Shown one piece after another: positions 1 to 8,976 of a stretch of 57,521 nt of DNA. Both the position numbers and the translations under genes were made by a program. The notes under the pieces are model-generated. The model made no database searches, was not told where the DNA came from, and saw only the letters and a list, made by a program, of their open reading frames with translations. The stretch's first letter is position 1, and each line of letters begins with the position of its first letter. The stretch comes from an uncultured Chloroflexia bacterium (GTDB lineage Bacteria; Chloroflexota; Anaerolineae; CG2-30-64-16): positions 1 through 57,521 of the forward strand of contig CAWEHT010000155.1 of assembly GCA_963808455.1 (NCBI GenBank), in the 5' to 3' direction.

Positions 1-1442
1 GGCGGCGACCTCGGCCCCTACCGCCCGGCCGCCCTCGACCAGGATGCGGCGAACGGCCGTGCGCAAGTACACCTCGCCACCGTGCCGGCGGATGGCCTCG
101 ACCAGCGCGTCGGCCAGGGCCTGTGAGCTTCCGACAGGATAGCCGCCGCCCTCGAAATAGTAGCCAAAGATCGGGGCCATGGAGCCTACCGTCAGCGAGG
201 CCGGATCGTCAGAAAGGTAGCCGGTCAGGACGGACAGCAGGGATTTCAGGCCCGGCTCCTGGAAGTACTGATCCAGCATCTGCCCGAAGGGCACGTTCAT
301 CCAGCGCATCATGTGAGGATGGCTGGCAGGGAAGGCCAGCGTGGCCTCGACGGTACGCGGTGGGCCGGGCATGTCGCCCTGGTCCCCTGAGCCGGCGTAC
401 ATCTCGCCATAGATGGCGCTCATCTCGTCGAAGAACGCCGCGATGTGTCCTCCCTCGCCGGGGAACCGCCCGGCGAGGGCCGAGACGAACTCGCTTACGT
501 CGCGCGGGACTTTGAGGTGGGAGCCGTCAGGCAGGATGTATTCGTGATCCATGCGCTGCCAGGAAAGGCGGTCCTCGACGCCGAGCCGGCGCAGCAGGCC
601 CCGCACCGGGCCGTGCTCGCCGAGGCCGCTGACGTCGTGCACGCCGGCATCGAAAACGTAGCGCAGCCGGGGCCCGCCGCGGTTCACGCTGCGCGGCCAG
701 GCCGTGCAGTAGCCGCCGGGCAGATAATGCTGCTCGAAGACCGCTACTTTCAGCCCGCGCTCGGCCAGGAGCGCGGCTGCCGTCAGCCCGCCGATGCCGG
801 AGCCGACGACGATCACGTCGTGCTCGTTCTCGCCTTCCGGCCGCTCGCTCGCGAAAGTGGGCGCCGGCCATGGGTCGCGGGCGGCCAATTGGCGCCGGAT
901 GGCACAGCGCACAGTAGAAACCGGGGAACTTCGCTGAGAAGGCGATGCCCCCGGCGACCGCCAGGTTGGGCAGGATGGCCGCGAGCCAGAGCCTGGCCGC
1001 CGGCAGGGCCAGGCTCAGCCCGCCCAGCGCCATGTTGAGCAAGAAGATACCGCCCCAGGCCGCGGTGATGATCTCGTTCGTCCGGCGGAACAACGGCAGG
1101 TCCCAGAGCACGCGGGTAGCTCTCGCGGGCGTACTCATACGTGAAGGGCGAGCCGGCCAGAAGGCTACCCCAGGCCATCAGCGCCAACGTGCCGCCGACC
1201 AGCACCGCGTCGTAGGTGCGCATGAACGACAGCCCGAGCGCCACGGACAGAACGGCATGCGCGCTAAAGAAAGCCAGCGTCACGATCTCCATGGTCTTGA
1301 AGCTGCGGCTGCGGAACCAGCGCCAGCTCACCAGCCCGAGGCCGGCCGCCAGGCCCGCCAGGACCGCGGCCTGCCATTGCCCGGCGCCCGAAAGCACCCA
1401 GTAAAACACCCAGGGGATGAAACCGACCAACGCTTGTGCCAT
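1..1442 (-). CDS. Phytoene desaturase/CrtI-like FAD-dependent oxidoreductase with N-terminal multi-TM domain (3' end outside window; apparent frameshifts near 1110 and 890)
   Basis: ATG 1442 after GGAGGT RBS; hydrophobic N-terminus (ORFs 813..1484 and 527..1138), then minus-strand frame DVIVVGSGIGGLTAAALLAERGLKVAVFEQHYLPGGYC (Rossmann GxGxxG) and GGYPVGSSQALADAL typical of COG1233. Confidence 0.8.
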
Positions 1443-1508
1443 GACAACCTCCACATCGGCCACGCAAGGCCTGGGGCCCTCCAACGGCCCGCAGCCCTCC
1501 GCGGCCTA

Positions 1509-1774
1509 GTGCAGAAACAGGGGACCCTTTTGGTGACACAGAGACGGATTCTTCGCTGGCGGCTCGCCGCGGCGCAGGCCGGCTTGCTTACTCGCTTCTA
1601 AGAAACTCCCTGACGACGGATTCTTCGCTGTGGCTCGCCGGCGACAGTGATCGTGGACAGACCCGCTCAGAATGACAGGCAGGCGGTTTCTCGCCATGCC
1701 ACATGACCGCCCGAGGTCATGAACGTCTCAGAATGACAGACGCCGCTACCGACGATGTCCCCCTGCATATGCAC
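1509..1774. mobile_element. MITE-like repeat, copy 1 (266 bp, with nested internal duplication)
   Basis: CTA|GTGCAGAAACAGGGGAC...CCCCTGCATATGCAC|CAG imperfect terminal inverted repeats; core GACGGATTCTTCGCTG and CTCAGAATGACAG each present twice; homologous to 8207-8339 and 51350-51496. Confidence 0.75.
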
Positions 1775-1843
1775 CAGGATCGTATCAAACTGCCCGGATT
1801 CCGACCAGCGGCAGCCACTTGCCGGTCCTGCGCTCATATCTCT

Positions 1844-2962
1844 TCATGGTTGCCTGCTACCCGCGGACGGCTTCCCATCGTGCGCCGAGGGCCCGAACCA
1901 ATGGCTGAACTGCATCAACAGGCCGAAGTTGCCCTCGACGCGGCACCGGCCGGTCATAAAAGCCTGCCCGCCGTCGAGCTTCCGTGTCACTACATCCATC
2001 CAGACCTCGAAAGGCGCGTGGATCACCAGGTCCGGGGAGGCCGCCGGCCCTGTGTGCCCGCCGATCTGGCCGTGGCCGATGTCGAGGTAGCAGGCGCCCG
2101 TGGTCTCGCCCGCGAAGTCGAACTGGATCAACGCCCTGGAATCGCCCGCCGTGGCCGCGTCGAAGCCGGTTTCCATAAGCGCCAGGAACCCTTCGATGCT
2201 GTGTGGCCGTGGCGGCAGTCCTCGCTCCTCGAGGACCTTGGGCGTGACCCCCTCGTCAACGCAGTTCTGCCAGAACACGTTTGCCATCTGGGCCACGGTC
2301 TCAAGGCTGGCCAGGGGTTGCCGGATGCGCCCCAGGATCTCGGCGGAAACCGATCCGTTGGCCACCAGTTCCCGGCCGGCCTCCTCTGTGGCCTCCAGGA
2401 TCTGCTGCACCTTGCCGGCCCCGGCGTGCCCCATCATCATCGCATTGGGGCGGTAGATCTCCGCCAGCAATCCGCCATCCCGGCGGACGCCGAACAGGAA
2501 ATGAGCATAATGCGAGAGCTCGTCGAACACCCAGTCTTCCGCGAAGCCGGCTACTGACAGCACGACCGCCGCGGGCAGGTGGTGCCGCTCGGGATGATGC
2601 CAGTGGCCGTCGGCGGCCTGCACGAAGAACGGCTCGTGGGCCGGCCAGGTGCGTTCGATGAAGGCCTTCATCGGCGCGTTGACCGTCCAATGGAACAAAG
2701 GCGTGGCGTAGATGCAGATGTCGGCCTCCAGCCACTTGGGGTAAAGCTCCAGCGTCATGTCATCCTGCAGCGTGCAGCGGCCGGGGGTCTTGCTGCTACA
2801 GGTGAAGCAGCCTCGACAGTAGCCGATCTTCTTCTCGCGCAGGTTGGCCACTTCGACCTCGGCGCCGGCCTGGCGCATGCCCTGGACCAGATGGGTGAGC
2901 ATCAGCTCGGTGCGGCTTTGACCTTCGCCGCGCAAGCTGCTGTTGACAGCGAGCACCTTCAT
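1844..2962 (-). CDS. NAD(P)H-dependent FMN reductase / iron-sulfur flavoprotein family protein with C-terminal SCP2 domain
   Basis: MKVLAVNSSLR start, CRGCFTC..C cysteine motif, ATPLFHWTVNAPMKAFIER; C-terminal DLVIHAPFEVWMDVVTRKLDGGQAFMTGRCRVEGN is SCP2-like. Confidence 0.85.
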   Translation of the reverse strand: MKVLAVNSSLRGEGQSRTELMLTHLVQGMRQAGAEVEVANLREKKIGYCRGCFTCSSKTPGRCTLQDDMTLELYPKWLEADICIYATPLFHWTVNAPMKAFIERTWPAHEPFFVQAADGHWHHPERHHLPAAVVLSVAGFAEDWVFDELSHYAHFLFGVRRDGGLLAEIYRPNAMMMGHAGAGKVQQILEATEEAGRELVANGSVSAEILGRIRQPLASLETVAQMANVFWQNCVDEGVTPKVLEERGLPPRPHSIEGFLALMETGFDAATAGDSRALIQFDFAGETTGACYLDIGHGQIGGHTGPAASPDLVIHAPFEVWMDVVTRKLDGGQAFMTGRCRVEGNFGLLMQFSHWFGPSAHDGKPSAGSRQP

Positions 2963-3259
2963 GATGGCTTCCTCCCGGTTGTGCGGATCGTCTCTCTTGC
3001 GAAGTACAACTACAGGATAACCCCGACGGCGCCTTGAAGGGCAGTGCCTCAGGTCACAACGGCGGCACATCCTGGGTCATGTGAAGTCACGTGCATGGTC
3101 ATGCGGCGGAGAGGCCCGCATCCCGCCGGGCGAGGCCCGGGAGCAGCCGGGTCTGATATAATGGTTGCCGTACCTGCACGGCGGATCGCGCCGTATCGCT
3201 CGCGCGTACCATGATCTGGCAAGGACCTGGTGCCCTGCCCGGGCAAGGAAGGAGGAACT

Positions 3260-3899
3260 ATGGAACAACTCGATCTGCGCAAAGAGCTGAAGCGCTTCTA
3301 CTCCCCATCGGCAAAGAAGGCCGAGATCGTCGACGTGCCTGAGTTCCAGTTCGCCACGCTGAGCGGCCGGATCGAGCCCGGCGCCGAGCCGGGCAATTCA
3401 CCGGCCTTCGCGCAGGCTCTGGAGGCCCTGTACGGCATTTCCTACACCCTGAAGTTCATGGCCAAGCAGCGCAAGGAGGACCCGGTTGACTACCCGGTGA
3501 TGGCCCTGGAAGCGCTGTGGTGGGTAGAGGGGGGCGAATTCCAGATCGGGCGCAAGGACAACTGGTGCTGGCAGGCCATGATCCTGCAGCCCGAACTGGT
3601 GACGGGCGGGATGTTCGAGGAGGGGTTGGCCCAGCTGCGGAAGAAGCGCGGCGAAAGCCCGGCCCTGACGCAGCTGCGGCTCGAGCGCTTCCACGAGGGG
3701 CTCGCCGTGCAGATGCTGCACGTGGGGCCATATGATGCCGAGCCCGCCACGGTCGATAAAATGGAAGCCTTCGCGACGCGAGAGCGGCTACCGGATGGTG
3801 AGGCAGCACCATGAGATCTACCTGGGCGACCCGCGGCGCGCCGCCCCCGAGAAGCTGAAGACGGTGCTGAGACACCCGGTCGAGCGGATGGACGCCTGA
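3260..3899 (+). CDS. GyrI-like small-molecule binding domain protein (apparent frameshift near 3790)
   Basis: GGAGG RBS; LDLRKELKRFYSP, ALYGISYTLKF, MLHVGPYDAEP; continuation HHEIYLGDPRRAAPEKLKTVLRHP in another frame. Confidence 0.85.
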
Positions 3900-3909
3900 G
3901 CGCGACAGC

Positions 3910-4002
3910 TTGCTTCACGCCTTTCGCAAGAAGGGCCAGAAAGCGCCGGCGCAGGTGATCCTTACGGCCGAACGGCGGATGGTAGAGCTGCTGGAGGGCT
4001 AA
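3910..4002 (+). pseudogene. C-terminal fragment of RelE/HigB (Gp49-like) toxin
   Basis: LLHAFRKKGQKAPAQVILTAERRMVELLEG* matches the LLHAF.KK.QK.P..EI..A..R end of this family; the 5' part is missing. Confidence 0.6.
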
Positions 4003-4003
4003 C

Positions 4004-4150
4004 ATGCGACGATTGAGAACGTTCGAGGAGGAAGCAGAACAAGTGCGAGCCCCGGCATTTGCGGCTGCGGTCGAGGAGCTGGAGCCGGCCCACCAGGTGG
4101 CCCGCATGCGCATCCTTCGCGATCCAAACGCCCGCCTGACGCGTCAATGA
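4004..4150 (+). pseudogene. N-terminal fragment of HigA-like XRE antitoxin
   Basis: MRRLRTFEEEAEQVRAPAFAAAVEELEPAHQVARMRILR then loses the HTH; starts 1 nt after the toxin fragment stop, GGAGG RBS. Confidence 0.55.
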
Positions 4151-4262
4151 TCACACCCCGTCGGGCAGAGACGCAACCGGGTCACGCGGAACGCGAGCCG
4201 TGCCATGGCTGCAGCCAGCCCATTCGTACCTCCCGGCGCGGGAAACCGTGCCCCTGCCCAGC

Positions 4263-5087
4263 CTATGGCGCAGGCGTCCCCGTCGCCAGCGGCGACACCG
4301 GACCGGTCGTGGGCGGCGGCGCCGTGACGGTGGCGGCCAGCGACGGCACGAACTGCCGCGTCGGGACGTCGAAGTAGAAGACCGTGCCGCCGGTGGACTG
4401 CAGGATCACCCGCTCCCCCTGCGCCCCCGTGATGGTCACCTCCCCAGAAGCGGTAGGCGTCAGGAACATTTTCTGGTAGACCATGCTGTCGCTCAGCCGG
4501 TCCTGTGCCATCTGCCACACCTCCACGACCAGCAGGCCCTGCGGGCCGGGCGACGCCCGGGCCGGGTCCGCGTAGGTGCCGCCGGCGATGACGTCGGTGT
4601 TGACCATTCCGCCCGCGCTGACCTCGTGCCATAGGTTCGTGACCCCGAACCCGCTGTTGTAGTACGTTGGCAGCCCTCTCCCTAGCCACCCTGCGCCGGC
4701 GAGCGTTTGGCCGGGGAAGGCGGTATGAAGGGCCTGGGTCGGCCGCGGCTTGGCTGCCAGCGTCGCCTCTTCCCGGCGCAGCCTGGCCCAGTCGGTCGTG
4801 ACCTGCGGGGTGTAGAGCGGGGAGCGCCGCGTTTTCTCCACGCTGATCAGGTTTGCCCTCCTGGTCAACATCGCCTGGATCGTAGCAGCGGGGATTGGGG
4901 TGAGCGTCGCGGGGGCCGCCTCCGTTGCGGTCGGCAGGGGCGAAATGCCGGCCCCTCCGCGTACCGCGCCGGCCGACGAGTACACGAAGCGCCAGGCGAC
5001 AAAGGCCACGGCCAACAGCAGGACGGTCAGCAGCACGTCGCGGAGGGCCCTCAGTGGTTTGCGACCCTCGGGCTCAAGTCTCATCAT
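4263..5087 (-). CDS. Hypothetical membrane-anchored Pro/Thr-rich protein
   Basis: GGAGG RBS, N-terminal TM helix, ATPAP-type linkers; C-terminus nearly identical to the paralog ending at 6652. Confidence 0.75.
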   Translation of the reverse strand: MMRLEPEGRKPLRALRDVLLTVLLLAVAFVAWRFVYSSAGAVRGGAGISPLPTATEAAPATLTPIPAATIQAMLTRRANLISVEKTRRSPLYTPQVTTDWARLRREEATLAAKPRPTQALHTAFPGQTLAGAGWLGRGLPTYYNSGFGVTNLWHEVSAGGMVNTDVIAGGTYADPARASPGPQGLLVVEVWQMAQDRLSDSMVYQKMFLTPTASGEVTITGAQGERVILQSTGGTVFYFDVPTRQFVPSLAATVTAPPPTTGPVSPLATGTPAP

Positions 5088-5098
5088 AGCCTCCTGGT

Positions 5099-6277
5099 CT
5101 ACTTTTCCCAGCTCATATCGCTGGACCAGACCATGAAAGGATAGGGGTTGTTCCGCGGGACCGTTCGTGGGTCGGCCAGGAGCGCCGAGTACAGCTGGTC
5201 GAAGCCCGTGTTGGGATCGTTATTCGTCCCGGCCTGGCAGCCGACCTCCTGGCACGCATTGGACTGGGTCAGCGCGCCGATGAACCCGATGGCGCCATCC
5301 ACGTAGCCGGGGGTGCCCGGCTGGCCCTGGCTGTAGTTCTGGTGGCCGAGCAGGCTGAGAGTGTACCACTGCGTCGCGTTGCCTCCGCCCGTATTGTAGA
5401 TCTCCGGCATGGGCATGCCGGTCGTCGGATACGTATTCGGTTCGCCCCAGGCTACGTCGTAGCGCTCCTCGCAGGTCCACTCATACGGAAAGTTGGGTGG
5501 GAAGGGGCCCATCGACTGGCCGGGCGTGTTGCAGGACGTGCAGTTCTCGCACGCGCCGAAGTCGAGATAGAAGTCGTCGGCGGCGTTGCTGAAGTTCAGG
5601 GCCCAGGTGCGCGTGGCCTGACCGCTGTTAAACGCGAGCTCAGCGTCCATCCCTCCCCAGACGTCAACGTCGCCCCCCCAGCCCTCGTTGTTTACCCAGT
5701 CCGCGACCGCGACGACCTCGTCCCCCCAGCTCGTCGCGTGCTCGGCCGTGACGTAGGCGGTGCCACTCGGGCTCAAGTCCCAGTTGTTTACGCCCATGGC
5801 GACCGTGAGGTGCGAGCCCGCGGGGTATTAGCCCCCGGCCATGAACCCATTGATGAACCCATAGACGGTCTCGCCGACGTCCTCCTCGGACTCGAACACC
5901 GACCGATCCTCCCTGAGGAATACACCGTCCTCAGGCTCCCACCCGTCGCCGGCAGTGTAGGGGTAAAGGAAGTCCAGTATGATCACGATATTTTGGCCAG
6001 GGAGTGTGGTCTGGGCCCGGCTGCGGCCCAGATTGTAGCCCGGGGTGAATCCATAAAGGCTGGCAAGGCTCATGTAGCGCGAGATCGTGGCCGGAGGGGG
6101 GAAGTAGTTCACTATGAGAGGCAACCACGCATGCGGGGCCGAGGAGCCTCCAGCCGGCGACTCGGCCGCAGTTGGCGCCAGGGCTCGCGCACCGGCGGGA
6201 ACGACGAGGGTTAGCGAGGCGAACAGAACGATCCACGACGTGAGCGCGGATATCCGGGTTCGGCGCGTGGTGTGCAT
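5099..6277 (-). CDS. Secreted hypothetical protein with Chloroflexi-type 'WLPLIV' motif; interrupted by an in-frame TAA at 5828-5830
   Basis: Signal peptide (MHTTRRTR...VVPAGARA); ORFs 5828..6355 and 5099..5797 are in the same frame, separated by one TAA plus 10 sense codons. Confidence 0.7.
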
Positions 6278-6507
6278 CTTCCTCTCCCTGCCGGCCGGGA
6301 GGCCGGCGCCGGCTGGCGTGCGAGATGGGTCGAGCATTGGGACCGACGGCGCCACACGGTAGGCCAGCGGGAGATCGGTCCGAAGCCCGTTGGCGCGCCC
6401 GGCTCTGGTTGTGGAGGGTTATGGCAGGGATACGGGAAGTGTAACGGCGGGCCGGGTAAGGCACCCGGCCCGCTCACGCGGTCACGAGATGAAATTCACC
6501 TGCGTCG

Positions 6508-6534
6508 ATCATAGCGGGGGGGGGATGTTGTCAA
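6508..6534 (-). promoter_or_regulatory. Sigma70-like promoter (TTGACA-15-TATGAT) with a C9 tract in the spacer
   Basis: tgtcaa 6529-6534, atcata 6508-6513, G9 run 6516-6524 on the + strand; faces the 6277 gene. Confidence 0.5.
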
Positions 6535-7088
6535 GTCAAGGTGTGTTAACATTGCGGCCTGGTCGTGGCTGCCGCCAGCCGGGCGCGGTCCCTCGGGGGC
6601 CCTGCCGGCGCGGGCCCGTGACGCGGTCGGCGGCGGGTCTCCGCGCCCGGCTCACGGCGCAGGCGTCCCCGTCGCCAGCGGCGACACCGGGCTGGTCGCA
6701 GAAGGCGGCGGGGTGACGGTCGCGGCCAGCGACGGCACGAACTGGCGGGCCGGTACGTCGAAATAGAAAGTTGCGCCGTCAGTCGACTGCAGGATCACCC
6801 GCTCCCCCAGTGCCCCGGTGATGGTCACCGGCCCGTCCTTCGTGGGCGTCTCGAAATCGCCGCCCGGGTGCGTCTTGGCGACCGCGGCGGTGTCTAGCGG
6901 CGGTAAGGCTTCGACCCTCATGGAGAGCGCTCCTTGCGAGACGTCATTGAAGTCGGCTGCGCGGTCCGCCCCCGCGCACACTTCGGTGCGTGCCAACCCG
7001 CCCTCGGAATCGACGAACCAGCAGTTCGAGGTGTAGAACGCCATGGGGCTGTCGAACGCGAGCAGCCTCGTGACGTGGCCGGAGCCTA

Positions 7089-8204
7089 AGTACATTCAGA
7101 CAAATCATGCGGCATTAGACCCGATGGCCGAGAGCACTTTAGACGGTGTCTCGTTGCATCTTTGGAAGAAGGCCAGGGTTTCGGCGATCAGGGCCTTGAT
7201 GCTCGCGAAGAGCTCACAGTGCGTAACTTCCTTGCGGTAGTACCGCCGCAGCATTTCGATGGGATTGAGCCAAGGGCTGTAGGTGGGCAGGTACAACAGC
7301 ACCAACCGCCCTGCTGCGCCGCGGACCACGGCTTCGATTTCATCATCTTCGTGCGTACAGGCGTTGTCCCAGGCCACGTACACCGTCTCGTGCGGATGCT
7401 TGTCGAGCAAAGCCTGCAACAACTCGGCAATCTGACGGCGTCGTTTATGGCGGCGTACGATCACCACCGTCTCGCCGGTGTGATAGTTGACCGCCCCGAT
7501 GCCATACTGGGTCTTGGGCTGTCCCGGCGTGGCAATCATGACCTGCTGGCCCTTGGGACTCCACATCGCTTTCAGGGTCGGCAGCCAACTGACGTTGAAC
7601 TCGTCGGCATAGTAGAACACAGCGCCCGGCTTCAGCTGGTCTCGGGTGTCTTCAATCGTCTTTTTTTTACAACGTACTCCGGATCGGGGCTGGTGATCGT
7701 GTGCTGGGGCCGACTCAACACGATGTCAGCCGCCTTGAGATAGACCCGGACCGTTTCGGGTTCGACCCGAATGCCGGTCTGTTCGGCCATGTAGTCGGCC
7801 AAGCGCTGGAGCGTCCAGGTCGAATACGATTGGTCCAGGCTGCGAGGGCGCTGGCGTACCGCTTGCATCAGCCGCTCCCGGTACTCGGGTGTCACCTTGT
7901 CGGGCCGGCCGGGGCGAGGTTGGTCCGCCAAGCCGTTGACGCCCTCCGCCAGGTAACGCTTGAGCCAGGCGACCACCGTGTCCGGGTCCGTACGCACGAT
8001 CTTGGCGATCTCGCTGGCGACCAAGTGTTGCTCGGCAGCCAGCAGGATCATCTGCACCCGGGTTCGCAGGCGGACATCCCGTGTGCTGCGGTACAGGGTA
8101 TCGAGTTCCTGGATCGCTGCCGATGTCAGATCAGGGAGTCGGATGGCTTGTCGCATGATGACCTCCGGCTCCCAGTATACCCGATTAACTTATCTGAGTG
8201 TACT
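7089..8204 (-). mobile_element. IS630-family insertion sequence (1116 bp)
   Basis: TIRs AGTACATTCAGACAAAT / AGTACACTCAGATAAGT (14/17); TA duplication at 7087-7088 and 8205-8206. Confidence 0.93.
7105..8156 (-). CDS. IS630 transposase, two ORFs joined by a -1 programmed frameshift
   Basis: HTH ORF (WLKRY...PRPGRP...WT) plus DDE ORF (YADE, WDNA..H, LPTYSPWLNPIE); slippery A8G at 7660-7668 gives VKKKTIEDTRD...VFYYADE. Confidence 0.92.
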
Positions 8205-8206
8205 TA

Positions 8207-8339
8207 GTGCAGAATCAGGGGACCCTTTCGGTGACGCAGAGACGGATTCTTCGCTGGGGGCTCGCCGCGGCGGAGGCCGGCTTGCATACACGCTCAGAAT
8301 GACAGACACCGCTACCGACAATGTCGCCTGCATATGCAC
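8207..8339. mobile_element. MITE-like repeat, copy 2 (133 bp), abutting the IS630
   Basis: TA|GTGCAGAATCAGGGGAC...CGCCTGCATATGCAC|CA; same GATTCTTCGCTG...CTCAGAATGACAG core. Confidence 0.8.
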
Positions 8340-8976
8340 CAGGGGCCTGTCAAGCTGCGGGTCCACTGCGAAGGCGGTGGGCCCCGGAGTAATCAACGCC
8401 CACAGGTTGGGCACCGGCATCAGGGCCGGTGTTCCCGGCGTGACCGGGGCGGGCGTGGCCTGCATTCTCGCCACCTGCGTCTCGAAGGCCCACGCCCTCC
8501 TGGTGAGCCAGACCTCCACGGTAGCCGGTCCGAAGGTGGGCGCTTACGTCGGGGAACCCGGCGCGGGGGTGGCGGAGGGCAGCGGCGAATCCACGCTGGG
8601 GGTGCCGGGCGGCGAGCCGGATAGCAGGGAAGCGCCGCGTTCCGGCCTGGCGAGGCCGCCCAGGAGCAGGAAGCCGGTGGCGAGCGCAACCAGTGCTACG
8701 ATGATCAGCGTGCCCACGGCCCGGAGCCCTGCCCGTCCCTGGCGTTGTCGCGATTGGCTCATCTTGCCATCGTCCAACGAGGTGACATAACCGTCGGGCG
8801 AGCTCTTGCGGATCGCGTGGACGATGTGCAAGTTGACCGCGGAGGTTTGCGGCAACCCATGTGATTCGTCAAGATACACCTCAGCCGGCGATCCGTCAAC
8901 TCCGTAAACGCTCCTACCGACAATCCTTGCGTCCAGCATTAGCCTCTTGACGAGACCGAGAGGTGGGAGGCTAGAG

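Larger units (their letters stand above)
6652..8762 (-). pseudogene. Paralog of the 4263..5087 membrane-anchored protein, split by IS630 + MITE (segments 8340-8762 and 6652-7088) and carrying an in-frame TAA at 8544-8546
   Basis: N-terminal TM (MSQSRQ...LIIVALVALATGFLLLGG); removing 7089-8341 restores ...DPQLDRP-LGSGHVTRLL... in frame; shared C-terminus VTITGA.GERVILQST.G..FYFDVP.RQFVPSLAATVT. Confidence 0.8.

Noticed and set aside
7089-8339. The adjacent IS630 as the autonomous partner of the MITE
   Set aside because: Terminal sequences differ (AGTACAYTCAGA versus GTGCAGAAWCAGGG); only the TA target is shared
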